A stretch of DNA of 52,665 nucleotides from Octopus bimaculoides. Its lineage: Eukaryota. Made by a program: the position numbers and the translations under genes. The DNA is taken from positions 36,717,442 through 36,770,106 of the forward strand of contig NC_068981.1 of NCBI RefSeq assembly GCF_001194135.2. The letters run 5' to 3'. The notes under the pieces were generated by a model. That model worked only from the letters and a program-made list of their open reading frames with translations, did no database searches and was not told where the DNA came from. Of this stretch, positions 19,791 through 33,319 are shown piece by piece. Numbering within the stretch: position 1 is the first letter of the stretch; every line of letters starts with the position of its first letter.

Positions 19791-21054
19791 TACCAGGCTG
19801 AATAAAAAGTAAGCAACATTTTGAAACATGAAAATCATCACAACATATATTTCAACAATGTGGTGATTTCATTCATCAAAATAAGTACCATCACAATCAC
19901 CACATGTTTGCCAACGAGTTACAAGTTTGTTTATTCTGATAATCTGGAGTGTCCTGGAGCTGATGAACTCTTTGACTGCACTTTCAACATTGGTTTGAAT
20001 TTTGAACTCCTTCTCTCACAGGAAACCATTTAGGTGCTTCAAAATGTGGTAGTCAGTAAGAGAAAGGTCTGGAGAATAAGCTGGATGGGGATGAACTTTG
20101 TAGCTAAGTTTTCTGAACTTCTGGAGTGTCATTAGTGAAACATGTGGTCGAGCATTGTCATGAAAAATGATTGGCCCTCTTCTGTAGACCAGTCTGGGAT
20201 GGAGGAGTAGCAATTTTTCGTCTTTTTTGGCAATTTCGTGGCAACATCTTCCTGCAGTAATGGTTTTTCTGGGTTTTAAGAATTTATAGTGGATGAGTCC
20301 AGCAGTAAACCACGAAACAGTCACCATAGCCTTCTTTTTGAAGAGCTTGGATTTAAGGAAGGTTTTTGGTGCTTCATTTTGGTCCCACCACTGTGAAGAA
20401 CATTTTCATCATTGTACAGAATCCACTTTTCATTGCAAGTTATGATACGGTTGAGAAATGGATTACGGTGAAGAAGCGATGAACAAATTTAATACCTGCG
20501 CATTTTCCTTCAAATCATGTGGTACCCATTTGTCAAGCATTTTTTGATTTTCTGATCGCATGCAAATGTTTGCAGGTATTTTTCTGGCTAATTCGAAGTT
20601 CTTTTGCTAGTTTTCAAGTGGTTTTACATGGATCTTTCTCAATGATGCTCTTTAACTGACCATCATCAATGACAGATGGGCGCCCACTATGATCTTGAAG
20701 GTTCAGATCTCTAATGTGAAACCGTTTAAACCGTTTTCGAGCTGACCACTCACTGGTCATTTCCTCACCAAATGTTTTGTTGATACCGCAAATAGTTTCA
20801 GCTGCTTTACATCCTTTTTTGAAGTTGAATAGCAAAATTGCTCAAATATTGCACTTTGACAGTTCCATTTCAGATGATTGTAACAACAATGAAAAAAATA
20901 TCAATGTTAATTTATTGGTGCAATTGGGCAAGCCTATGTCTGTATTATCAAACAATTGCAAAAAAAAATGTTAAAAAAAAATTCAAAACTCTGCAAAAAA
21001 TCCAGTCCAAATTCTTCATGATTCAAAACGTTGCTTACTTTTTACTCAATATTA
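19791..21054 (-). mobile_element. near full-length degenerate mariner (Tc1/mariner) DNA transposon, ~1.26 kb
   Basis: Transposase fragments carry the HTH (FKKGCKAAET...RFKRF...SGRP), HDNARPH and YSPDL motifs. Imperfect inverted repeats at 19791-19835 and 21011-21054 share TAAAAAGTAAGCAAC/GTTGCTTACTTTTTA. Frameshifted. Confidence 0.92.
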
Positions 21055-21450
21055 ACATCATACAAAAAGCCTATATGCATTATGTAAGAATCTTTTGATA
21101 TAACCATTCAATGTCACAGTGCACAAATCAGTTCAAATTGAATCAGTTGTGATACCAATATGTGTGTGTATGTGTGTGTGTGTGTATGTGTGTGTGTGTA
21201 TGAGTGTGTATGTGTATACATTATATATTTCTTTTGCATTCTCTTTTTTATAATTGTCAACTTGTAATTACACCTTTTCTGTTTTAAAACCAATAAAAAG
21301 TTATTTTTTAGTGTTTTTTGGGGGCTGGAACAGATTAATTATATTTTAGTTAATTTCAAAGGAGAAAATTGATTTGTAAAATGAATAAATCATAAGATGA
21401 GCTTGGTCATGGAATGAATTAAACTCATACTGCGAGTTATCAAGTTATCA

Positions 21451-21484
<34 letters not shown>

Positions 21485-21515
21485 GTATATATGTGTGTGT
21501 GTGTGTGTGTATACA

Positions 21516-21667
21516 TCAGGCTTCTTTTCAGTTTCTGTCTACTAAACCCACTTGCAAGGGTTTGGTCAACCTGAGGCTATAGTAAAATACACTTGCCCAA
21601 GATGCCACTCTGGGACTGAACCCAGAACCATGTGATTAGGAAGCAAGCTGCTTACCATACAGCCACA
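21516..21667 (-). mobile_element. SINE family D 5' module
   Basis: The reverse complement reads GTGGCTGTATGGTAAGCAGCTTGCTTCCTAATCACATGGTTCTGGGTTCAGTCCC...GAAACTGAAAAGAAGCCTGATG followed by microsatellite. Confidence 0.8.
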
Positions 21668-22356
21668 TATATTTTTGAGGAATAACTGTACAGAATATTG
21701 TTGTTCATATCAAAACATTAGTAATAATAGGTATTGTACTTTGTAATTTACTTGAAGCATTGTTATCTATAACCCGTTTATTAATTTGGACTTGACGAAA
21801 AATAGATTTTTACACTTTTCCAATTTTGCATATTGTTAATTGTCTTTTAATACCTCTTTATACTTATCTCTCTCATTGTTGTACATTTTTATATAACAAT
21901 TTCAGATTTTAAAAGAAAAAAATGACCTCTACAAACCTACTAAACGGAATGGATCCACTCATCTATTTTTTATTTGGGAAATATGCTTCTATGCAAACTA
22001 TGATGAATAGCTTACATCTATTCTCTATCAAACTGTTGAGAATTGGATCTTAAACTGTGGCAAGAGAAATTTAAGTCTAATTGTTGTAGACTGATGTATA
22101 GCAGGATATATAACTGAAGGGATTCAAGTTATATTGGAAAGGAAAGATTATATTGAGTGTATAATATAAGTTCATGAGTACTGAAACACAGATAGAGAAG
22201 ATGATAAAATAAAAAAAAGAAGCAAGTAAACTATGGGTGATTTAAGTGGGGTAACATAGGGGCTGAAATTTTTGAATAGTAGTGGGTTTACCTAACAAGC
22301 AGGGTGTCTTTTATGGATGATGTCTATAGCTTTATATCAGTCATCAGGAAAACACT

Positions 22357-22545
22357 TCAACCAAGATGTGTTTGCAGATCTTTAAGGAGTAGAATAGTTA
22401 CTTTTAGTGAAAAACTTGAGATTTTTAAGAGATGAAATGTTATTCCTAAAGAAACATTCACCAATTTTGGTGGGTTATTATGTGTGGATAGATGAAGAAT
22501 GTAAGGTTTCCATTGGGTTTTATAAATAATTGTTAGATCAAACAA
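22357..22545 (-). mobile_element. possible degenerate Penelope-like RT C-terminal remnant
   Basis: FDLTIIYKTQWKPYILHLSTHNNPPKL resembles the PLE FLDL...IYRKPT..QYLH..S.HP segment. By-eye match only. Confidence 0.35.
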
Positions 22546-24534
22546 CTATGAATTTGTAGTATTATTTAATGTAGTAGTAGAGCACTAGATTTGCAATGAT
22601 ATGGTTTAGATTTCATATCCTCTTAGATTTTTCTCAACATTTCATCCTTTGAGATCCAGAAAAGTAGCATATGAACTGAGCAGGGTTTATAAGAACAGCT
22701 AATCCTAAATGTGTATGTCAAAGGATAGAAAATTTTCAGAAGATGGTGATTATTTTACTTACTGTACCCATAAATACAAGCTTTACGTTGTGTCACTATC
22801 ATCTGTAGCTGTTTCTTGTTTACTTAGTAGCTTTGTTCATGTCTTACTTCTCTCACCTGTGATTGAAAATGGTTCATTGCTATCACACAATTCCCCATTC
22901 ATGTATGTTGGATCAACACAAAATCCTATTAACAGGTTATCTGTATTTCCCATAAACATGCTCCGCTTTTCTTCTTCTTTCAGAATATTTCATATATTAT
23001 TTATTAAGGTGGAGAAGCTAAAATCGAAACAGTGAAGATAACTGTAAGTAAAGCATTTCAGCTGAGCTTGCAATGAAAAACTTTTGTATGTTTTACTGTT
23101 TCTGATATTGTTATAGCTGCTGCTACTGTCGTTGCAGTTATTCTTAAATAGCTTATGCCAGTTCATGCTAAGCAGATATGTGACATGGAAGTACTTGATG
23201 AAACACTTAGAATCAATTCACAAACTAAACATGTCAGATAGGACTTAGCTTATTCACCCCTGATCCCATATTTTATCAACCCCGCACGGATTTGTTTTAT
23301 CCATCATAGAAGGATAAAAGGCTAATTCAATCTTTTGGCTTCAATATTTGATAAAGTGACTTAGATCCATTCTAAAAATGGTAGAGCCAACAAGCAAAAG
23401 GACTTTTTTCATATCACTTGTATATGAATTTCCTTTTATTCTCAGTGGAGTTAAATTTGATTTCTCTCCTGTGAATAAAACATTATCATGAACAACAACA
23501 ACAACATCAACAACAACAGCAGCAACAACAACAACAGCAACTGTTTCCACAAACTTATTCTTACCAAAACTGAACAAACACACATAACCATCAAAATTTT
23601 TTTAAAAATCAGCTGTGGCAATAAATTTAAAATCTAACCAAGATACTAAGACTGTTGATAAAGAAATGAGATTATTAAGGTGATAGGATAAAATTTAAGT
23701 TTTGGCAGCTATTTCTAGTAGCTCTGTAAAGGTCCCTTGTTCTGCAGGTATTTTGCTGTGTAGTGGATCACTTTTGCTTGAATGATGCAAATATGTGAAA
23801 AGTTATTGGGAAGAAAATGGCAGAATTGCATGTGGGATAGTTATACTGAAAAATTAGTAAGATATGGCCTGGGGTATCCTCGTAGACATTATGAGCAGAG
23901 TCATCTGATTTCAGGAATCAAAGGTGAATGAGGCCTTTAAATGTGTAACTTCATCAGAAGATTCTTGAGTCAGATACAGTGAAAAAATTTCTAAAAGTAG
24001 TTGGTAGTGTCATAAAATTACTTCTACACGTAGTTGAATGTTTCTATACAACAGTGTAGCTGTGTGCACAGATAATAAGTAAGTAAGTGTGTAGGTGTGA
24101 GAGAGAAGTGGAGGCAAAAGAAAATTATTGAAGTTTAGTGCCAGACCAAATCTGATTTAGCGGACTTATGATTAAAGCCATTTTTGACAGTGAATATTCA
24201 GTCTTTATGTTTATATACTACTTTGTTCAGTGTATTCTTCATTGTTCATGATGGTAAGATGGGATATGAGTAAGATTTGGTTGCATGAACATTGAAAATT
24301 CTTTGCTGGTTCGTAGATCACCTAACTAGTTTCTGTTTTTTGTTACATAAAATACTTGGCTAAATTTTGGTGTTTAACAAACAATATTCTTTTTCACTGT
24401 TGGATCCTAAGTGTGTTTTTCCCACACTAATGTCTGATTTGATAATTTTTCAACTTTCAAAAACTGATGTCTAAAATGAGGTAAAATGAGTAATGACAAA
24501 TTTCAATACTTTTTTCTTTTTAACTGCATGTTAC

Positions 24535-24715
24535 ATAAATATATCGGGAAGAGAGCCACGCCAGCAGATCACAAAGAAGCTATACACGAAGATAAGGAAG
24601 ATGAAATATTTTGGAAAGGATTTTATGTGGGATGAAGCTGAAACCTTTCCAGGTAGAAAATTTAGTATTTTGATATGGTCTGTAGGTGCCCTGCTTATAT
24701 AACTATTTTAGCTGT
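24535..24715 (-). mobile_element. possible degenerate Penelope-like RT C-terminal remnant
   Basis: Minus frame RAPTDHIKILNF...SSHIKSFPKYF...SFFVICWRGSLP loosely matches KPTD...L.F.S.HP.HIK.SIP...FFLQRGYP. By-eye match only. Confidence 0.3.
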
Positions 24716-25851
24716 GATAGGTAGAACTGTACAAAATTGAGAGCAATTTTCATAAAAACCAGTATCACATTTTTGGTGGGGATGAACAACCATGTTGGCT
24801 GTTGGTTATTATACAGGTGTGTGGTGGTGGTTAAACATCATAGTTTTCTTTGGGTTTTATAGATAGCATTCTTTGATTGCAGAATATAACTGCAGGTGTG
24901 TGTGAACTACTTGTGAAATTTAGGGCTGTGAAATGTTTGGGAGAGGTATGTGGAAAACAGTTTCAGTAATTTGCTTGGCTATTCCTGATATATCAGGAGA
25001 GAAGCTATTTGCTGTAAGGAGTAGTCAGCATAAGGGCATTTACTGTAATAATTAGTCAACAGAGAATTGGCAGTTCTGACCAGTTAGTTGATATGAAGTG
25101 CTAAAGGGTTCATGAGAAAAGGCTGTTGTATTGTGAGATGATTTGTAATGAATGACCTTAATTAGACATGAGTAGACAGTCCAATAAGAATAGAGATTGT
25201 AAAGAGACAAGGTAAATGTTGAGTTCAGATTGTAAGAAAAAGTTAAATAATAACAGTTTAGATAAGTAAATAGATTTCTTGTGCAATAATTTTTAATCAT
25301 ATATAAGTAAGCCATTAGGATCCATTTCTAGTGCTAACCAATCAGATATGACAGTGAAACAGATAGAAGTTGAAATAATCATATACGACATTGATATATA
25401 TGTGTGCAAGGAAGATGCTGGGAAATGAAAACATTGGAGACAAATATTGATTGAGAAGAAAAAGATAGAAAAAGAGAATAGCGCACACACACATATATAA
25501 AGAGTAAGAGAAGAACAGACGAAATGGTGTGAGTCAATTAGAATAAGATGGGCAGAAGAGAAGGACATAAAAATAAGGAAATGAAGAGATAAATTTTCAA
25601 ATATATAACTGATAATTTGGTAGGCAAAGAGAGAAGCAAATTCTCAGGTAATTGATTTCAAACTGCAAAAATGAGACTAACCCATGAAGTTAATGTTTGA
25701 TATGAATAGGAGAAAAGTACTGTAAAATGATAACTAGAAACACAAAGGGCAGAAACCACGCTGGAGATGGAAAAGGGGAACGTAACTCAAAGAATACAAA
25801 ATGAAACTTAAGAAGAAAATGATGCAAGACTTCAAGCAGAAAGTTTTAGGA

Positions 25852-26055
25852 TTATTGTAAATAAACAAAATTAATATAATTTTGTGGGGTACGCTGTGAG
25901 TATGAATGTGCCTCATACTCCACTGTATAGCTTGGTAGGCTTCTATGGTCGATGCTCTTTGTAACGTCAACCATTTTACAGAATGTACTTGGGTCCTTTT
26001 TTTCGTGGCACCCTGCATTAGTGAAGATTGTCTTGTAACATGCATGGCTAGGGGC
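25852..26055 (-). CDS. candidate exon (possibly terminal), unidentified Cys-containing peptide segment
   Basis: GC/CpG-richer island behind a strong polypyrimidine tract (TTCTTCTATTTTCTTTCCTTTATAG at 26068; second TTTAG at 26056). The frame from 26055 reads APSHACYKTIFTNAGCHEKKDPSTFCKMVDVTKSIDHRSLPSYTVEYEAHSYSQRTPQNYINFVYLQ*. A second frame is also open. Confidence 0.3.
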   Translation of the reverse strand, partial: APSHACYKTIFTNAGCHEKKDPSTFCKMVDVTKSIDHRSLPSYTVEYEAHSYSQRTPQNYINFVYLQ

Positions 26056-26159
26056 CTAAAGTGGCACCTATAAAGGAAAGAAAATAGAAGAATAGTTAAC
26101 GATTTCAGAAAGCAAAAAGATGATAGTGAAGAAACATTAAATATAATACTTGATAAGTG

Positions 26160-26280
26160 CTTTATTTTCCAGCCCCCAAAGGAAGAAATGAAGTTTTGAT
26201 CACGGTAGCAGAATTTGATCTCAGCTTGCAAAGAGATAGAACAAATACTACAAAGCATTTCATCCAATTCTCTAGCAACT
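26160..26280 (-). mobile_element. SINE family C fragment
   Basis: Reverse of the B-box region (CAGAATTTGATCTCAG) and core. Confidence 0.55.
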
Positions 26281-27834
26281 ATACAAATCGACAAAATACA
26301 TATTTATATATATGTATATAACATATATACATATATATATATTTATATATACGTTACATACATATTTATATATACATAACATATATACATATTTATATTT
26401 ATATAAACATAACATATATACATACATATATGCATACACACATACACACAGATGTCTGTGAGAGAAAGTGTAGCTCATGAAAGAATAGAATGAAAAATAA
26501 TTACAAGCACAATGTAGTCAGTATCACTATTTACCTTCATTATTAGAAAATAAACAGAAACGGAAGGGAATATCCAGGACTATAGAAGCAGGAATTAGTG
26601 GCAGTGAAATCCAGTTTGAATTAGATAAATAAATCCTGCCCTTGAGTATAGTATATCTACTATATATCTTATCTTTCAGGCTGTGTTTTTTTTCTTTTAC
26701 TTGCTAGCCCGGAAGAAAGGGATAGTACCCATGACCTTTGCAAGAACTTCTAGACCAGTGAGCTTGGTGCCTTTAATGTTCTGTTTAAACAGTTGCAAGA
26801 AAGGCACATGAAGGAAAGATATGAAGAGAGAGAAGATTCCAGAGACATAATATTCTAGGAAGTAAGGACAATGAATAGTGGTCAGTGCAGGGTCACAGGG
26901 GGGCTAGAAACAACAAGGTGATGATAAGTGGAGTGAAAGTAAATTGAGGTTGCTTGAGTGGTGAAGGTATAAGAGTAGAACAAATGCCATTATAATACAG
27001 AATATAAAATGATCAAACTCTGAGGTACGAGACCAGTCTGTGGAACAATGTCTAAATAGCTTTTAAATAAAAGTCGTAATAACAAAAATTCAAAATAAAA
27101 TTTTTTGTCTTGAAAACATACTTATTAGGTGCTTGTTGAATTTCAAATCTCTTTCAGTATTTGTCATTGGCTAACTAATCAGTGAACAAAAAAAAACAAA
27201 CAAAAAAAACAAAAAAACAACAACAAAAAACAAAAAAACAAAAAAAAAACTGAAATAGTTATAACTTTAAAGTTTTTCTTACTTCCCAAGCAGAGGGTTC
27301 TTTTTTTTTTTTGCAACATTTACTTTTGAAGAATATCTTTCTGCTGCTATGTATTTTTTTTTAACAGTTTTATCGATAACTTTGATAGGGATAAAATATA
27401 TATTGTAAAGGAGAAAACTAGTCAAGTTATATGTGAAAGTTTATTTATTGTGATGATTTATACCTTAAAAATATACGATAAAAATGTATAAATCAAAGGA
27501 CAAAAGTACAAAAGTTTATTCTCAAAAGTTTTGAAACCCATGAAAAATAAATATCTTGATCAATTCAATTAAGGCATATTGTTACTGATATATTTAATTT
27601 ATACTTTCTGTTTTATCTATATATTTTTCATCTTCTAATTTTTCATATATATATATTGTAGAAAGTTGGCAAACAAAACATGAAATAATGTTCCTTTTTT
27701 TTAAAAAAAGTAAGGAAAAACGATAACAGTTCTATCAAATAATAGTTTTGCTGTATCAATATTGCATAAGATTCATTTTAGAAATTGCAGCTGATTAATT
27801 CTATTGAAAAACAATTTTATTTTATTTATTTATA

Positions 27835-27897
<63 letters not shown>

Positions 27898-27906
27898 CAT
27901 TATTCT
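27835..27906. repeat. (ATT)n microsatellite
   Basis: Read directly. Confidence 0.97.
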
Positions 27907-28370
27907 ATTTTATTTTATTTTTTGTATGATGTATGTATTCATAATATACACCTCTGAATCTTTCAGAATAAATGGTGGCTGTTGATAAGAAAAACCCTAC
28001 TCTGAGATATTCATAACCAAACAAAAGAAATTATTCTAGTGCTGTCACGAAAAATATGTTACTGTATAAGAATCTACAAGTGAGATCAGAACAAGGTTTT
28101 CTTTATTTTCTCTTTCCCATGATATAAAATGCAAATATCAATATATTTCACATCATTATTTTGACAAAAAAGAAAAAAAAAAGAAAAAAGAAGAAAATGC
28201 AAACACACAGATGGCGTGATATAATATATATTTGTGTGTCAATAATATCATGTAAAATATCACAAAATAAGGAGACATATCAAGGCCTGACTATACATGT
28301 ACAAATGTGAATAGAGGAAACTAATGCATGTGGGAAGATGTTTAAATAATCCTTTTAGCATACGATTTAA

Positions 28371-28432
28371 GGTAAAACAAATACTATTTATGGTAAAACA
28401 AATACTATTTATGGTAAAACAAATAACTATTT
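28371..28432. repeat. 21-bp tandem repeat x3 (GGTAAAACAAATACTATTTAT)
   Basis: Units start at 28371, 28392 and 28413. Confidence 0.9.
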
Positions 28433-31400
28433 GTTACAATATCAAATATTGATCTTTGATATAAGCACAAGACCAGAAATCTTTAGAAAAAGCAAAAGTT
28501 GACAAACTTAACTGATACTTTATTTTAACACCCCAGGAAGAAGAAAAGATGAAGTCAGCCTCAGTAGAGTTTGAATACAGAATGTAAAGACACATGACTA
28601 AATTCTGCAAAGTATTTTATAAATGAAATAGTTCTATAATGATCTTGCAAATCCACTGCTCTGATATGAGTAAATTTTAAATAGAAAATATAATATATTC
28701 TTGCTAAACAAAATGAGAACTTATTTTAATGACCACTGAACTTCTTCAATTTTCCCAGTGTCTTACATGATGAGATGATTTTATGTAATTGAAATTATAT
28801 TATCATTAGATAAATCAAATCTGACATAGGTATCAATCATGATTTTCTAATTAATAAAAGACTACTTTTAGCAAATTAATTTCTTCAGAAATAATACGCC
28901 AATCTGTTATTTGATATTCTTTTTGATTTAAAATTACATGCATTAATTCACCATTATTTGGTTGAATTTTTGAGATATGTTTATATTAGCATTGATGGAA
29001 GAGTTTTTCAAACTGAAATATATCCTCTCTTAACTCCCTTTTCTTCCCTTTTCAATCTTCTAACTCCGTTATTTTCCTAAACACATTTCAAGCATTTTAG
29101 TTTCCATTTCTGATCATGTGTCATTTATGCATGTATATTCTCACGCAAGGATCAAAGTAAAAGTTACATCACTCCTAAGTATTATGTAATGGATGTGTAG
29201 CACAAAGGAATAAGCACATCAATCATCACATGCAGTCCAATCCACATGATGACTGTTGACTAAGACAATTGGAAAATCTGATTTAAAGTAGGATATATTA
29301 AAGGATTTTATGAGTAAATTGTAAAGGAAGGGGTAACTACCATGAACTTTATGAGACTTCATAGACTAATAAGATTGATATAGTTGATGTTCAGTTTGAG
29401 CTCTAGCATAATAACACATGTAGGGAAAATTATAGGCAGCAAAGAAATTCAATAGGGTTAGAGTTTCATTAAGATATAGTGAAATATAGTGAAAGTGATA
29501 AGAAATGAAGAACTAAATAATAAATTCTTCTATTATTGTTGCTAAAATGTAAGTGCTAAGCAGCTTGGTAAATCAAAGAAATAGAGGCCTTTGTTGTAAT
29601 AGATAGAAGAAACTGTGCATCTATAAGAAAGTTCTAATTATTTAGTGCCGTTCTGTGGTATTCTAGGTTTGATCATCTTAATATATTTTTAGAAATAGTT
29701 TATCAAGGATTTATTATTGAATATATCTTTCCTTTATGAAAAACAGTAAGGTGCGAATTAAGAGGAGATTCAGATCCTATTCCTAGATGATCAAATACTA
29801 TGACACCATTGTTGTATATTTGTTAATTAGTTAAAGGGTAAGTGTTTTTGATGCAGCCTGGGATATTTGAGTGGTAGGTTTCAGACTGCAGTCATTTTAA
29901 AATCAACTCTTGTCTCTTAAGTATCTTTAATGTCTTTCTTTTAATTATAAGTATTAGGACAATGATTCCACTTTGTATATACCATAATTTCTCAATATAC
30001 TGCTTCTTGTTCCATTTTATTTTGTTCTGTGCCACTAATTGTCCCTCACTGGAAACCTTTTTGCTGATGGTCTACAAAATATTGGTTCAAACTCTTCAGT
30101 AAACCTGCAGATATATCACTGGTGCATAATCCAGTAGCTTCTGTTCTCCAGTTTTGGATAAGTGTTTCTCCTCAACAAGCAGGGGATTTAGAGAGATCCT
30201 CTTATACTGACTTACCTGATTTCTAACTAGGCTATTCATAAAGATTAGATAAAGTTGTTAGCAATATTTCATAAGCTATTGTTTATTCTTTTCTGTCAAC
30301 AAAATGTTTGCCTTCAAAACTATGAAAATTCTTGTAAAAACGAACAAATGTAATATTTAAATTTCATTTGGATACTATAAGGATGAAAGGCAACTAAACT
30401 GTTCAAAATGGCTTTTAACAAGACAAAAAGTGAATAGCCTTCCCTTTCTCAATGGAAAGATAAGGTTAGAAGTTCAAAAGATTATTTCATTAGTTTAATT
30501 CATTATATTTGAAAAGAAAATGCTTATTAGATTTACTCTTTCTATCAAAGTGCAAATTAAGTTTGCAAAGAGTGCAAACAAGAAGCAGGTGGATGGTGTG
30601 AAAAATGTTGACATGCCACTCTTCAAATTACAAAATAGTTCAACAAGATGAGTAAGAAAGACATACAAGTATTAATCAAGACACAAGTTTAAAAAAAAAA
30701 TTGATCTTAATTAAGCTTTATTTATTGGGTTTGAAAATCTGGTGAGAATAATGTGATGGTGAGGTTCTATATAGTTATTCAACATGCTAGAAACAGTAAC
30801 CAAATTTAATATAATGAATAATTAATCATAAGGTTATTTATTCAGATTTCTTTACTAATTATTCTGTAGATATGATCATGCAAACTTCTATTTATTTACC
30901 TATGATCACAGTCATTTTAGAAGTTTCAATCCTGTCTTTTAGGAATATGTAGGTCTTCATTAGCTCATATATTTTTATCTTATTTAGGACAATACAGAGA
31001 TAGCTGAATGAGATCTGACAGCTATTTCTAGCAAGTCAGCTGATTTTGTATATGTTCTCTCATTTGCTTGCTATTGACATAGTTCTTATTCCTCATAACA
31101 AGCAGTTAGGTAATCTGTCAAATTCACTTAGTACTTCAGAAATTTAGTATGTTGAATATTTAGTAGTTGAAGGCAACAAATTAGCAGAGTTGTTAGATGT
31201 CAGAATACCTTACAGTATTTATTCTGACTCCACTGTTTGCAAGTAATTGAGCTAGATCCCTGGTTTAAGGTTACTCTCCTCCCTTTTACCACTCTCAGAG
31301 TCCCTTTATTCATGGGCACTGATTTTCTTACTGACTAAAAGCTAGAAAATAACCTCCAATAAAAAAACCTCTTCAAAATACTAGATATTTTTTCTCACAT

Positions 31401-32149
31401 GACATTATATTTCCTTATTGGTGTTATCCTCTTTGCTTGAAGTTTTTAGATTTTAAATTCCTACCAGAGTGAGTATTTGTTTGTTAATTGTCAGAATAAT
31501 CTCAATTCATCAATCGTTTGTCTCATTATATCATATATGTGTAACTCTAACATATCGTATCGCTAACTATGCTTTACATAAGTCAGTGAGGAAGCATCTA
31601 CATGGTCTTCAAAAGTGCAAGAAATAGCAGTAAAATCTGCTCTCTATGACTCACTAACATCTGTAGGAAAGAAGCACATATTGGATAATATAGTCTTAGA
31701 TACACTATGGAGAAAATATATGGCCTAGTAGTTAGAGTGCTTGGTTCAGGGTTGTGAATTTGATACCAAGACTAGGTAATGCATTGTGTCTTTAGGAAGG
31801 CTCACCATTTCTTGTTATTCTGGTCCCCACAGCTGCAAGTGTGCTGCATCTGATGCAGATTGGCATTTTATAGAATATTATTCGAAACTCCTCAAATGCA
31901 AGATGTCAATGGCTCTTAATGGCTATGGCACACTGGTTGCTGAGGTATCATGTAGGATCTCTGGTGATCAAGGTTGATCATGCATTTGCACATTTATGTG
32001 ATCCAAGGTGAAGGTCGCTGACTTGGGTCAATATAACTCGGCACCAGTGGCATCACAAGCATCTCATTCAAAACAAAAAGAGCTGGAACAGATACAACAA
32101 GCCATCTCACCCGACCTTTCAGCAGTTCTGCCAATCCACTACTGACCAG

Positions 32150-32280
32150 GACTGATACTTTTTATCAACCTCAAAAGAAAGGCCCAGTCGAACTTGGTTG
32201 GATTTTAACTCAGAATCTCAGGAGACAGAGTGTCAGAACAAATACTATATAGTATTCTCTCTAACACCCTAATAACTCTG
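32150..32280 (-). mobile_element. SINE family C fragment
   Basis: TTTATCAACCTC...AAAGGCCCAGTCGAAC...GGATTTTAACTCAGAA is the reverse of the family C core and B box. Confidence 0.55.
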
Positions 32281-33319
32281 CTTATCTGTAACCTCTGAGA
32301 TGCAGCACAGCTCAATAAAAAGATGAAGTGTTCACCACTGGAATGCCTTTAGCCATAGGTCTACTCTGTTAGAGCTGACCTGCATGGTTTTATGTTATTG
32401 TTTTGCTTGGTTTAGACAAAGACTGAAGAGTTTATATTCGTATAATTAATTCTGGGAGTAGCAATGTAAAACTAAAGAACAGATTGCTTTTTACTTGATA
32501 TTCAGCTTGTTTTTGTTTGGCTGAAATCTTGGGCAGTTATGTAGGTATATCGTAGGAAGTGGGAAGTGGTTAGCATCATATAAATTAGTTTGAGAGTTTT
32601 ATTTAATTATTAAAACTCAAACTTTTTCATTAATTATAGTTAGATAATCTCAACATTCCCCACCTACAAAACCAATTAAAAGCAAAATATGTAAAGAAAA
32701 AATAAATAAATAAACAAAACAAAAGAAAATCTGTAGAATACTTAAACAGTAACTCTCCTTTGATGTTGGAGTGACTTTGAAATAGTGAATATTGATGAAA
32801 TGGACATGAGGCAAAATAATACATAAACTCTTAATAATAAACAAAACAGAGTTATTACAAAATATAAAAGAAAATGACATACATTAAATCTGAAAAACTT
32901 TCCTTCATTCTCATAAGCATGATTTTCATAGCTTATGCCATAAAGATTTCCTTCTCCATGTTTACATGCTGAGTATTTTACATAAGCAATTATATTGACA
33001 ATAGATTGCAGATGTCTATGAAAGGACGTCCATACATTAATAAAAAATTATTTTTGATAATATTAGGCTGTTTTAATCTTATTATTGCATTTAAAGAAAA
33101 GATCCTGTAATTATTATATTCTTTATAATTCAGAATATTATAGAATATATTATAGGATAGTTTAGAAAGAAATATACTGTGAAAATAAAAGTTTGATAGA
33201 GGAAGCACTAACTCTGAATCTGTAAGCATTAGACATTACTACAGTGTTATATTTTGATAATAAAAACAAAATAAAGCCAAAAGGGAGGAGTCTTTATACA
33301 GTTGCCAAGGTAACAAGAA

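Noticed and set aside
4718-22960. A phase-consistent minus-strand exon chain (about 22857-22960, 13529-13562, 12805-12853, 11483-11523, 4718-4853)
   Set aside because: Several splice sites are weak, I chose them post hoc, and the joined peptide resembles nothing I know. Phase agreement alone is not evidence.
23009-23043. Plus-strand mini-exon GGEAKIETVKIT (AAG|...|GTAAGT), and a similar one at about 26710-26759
   Set aside because: Isolated, phases not compatible with each other, and no recognisable protein.
23900-23965. Minus-strand CTGATGA...GAAA
   Set aside because: Only 2 bp of stem II and no A-U/NUH stem III geometry.
24528-24635. Short plus ORF MLHKYIGKRATPADHKEAIHEDKEDEIFWKGFYVG* resembling a neuropeptide precursor (GKR)
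   Set aside because: No signal peptide and no usable splice acceptor; the opposite strand is better explained as a retroelement remnant.
25898-25920. Perfect 8-bp hairpin GAGTATGA/TCATACTC
   Set aside because: Too short for a pre-miRNA and expected by chance in 52 kb.
28371-28432. Short direct repeats (also 8530-8590 and 35008-35052) as a CRISPR-like array
   Set aside because: Head-to-tail tandem repeats without unique spacers, in eukaryotic DNA.
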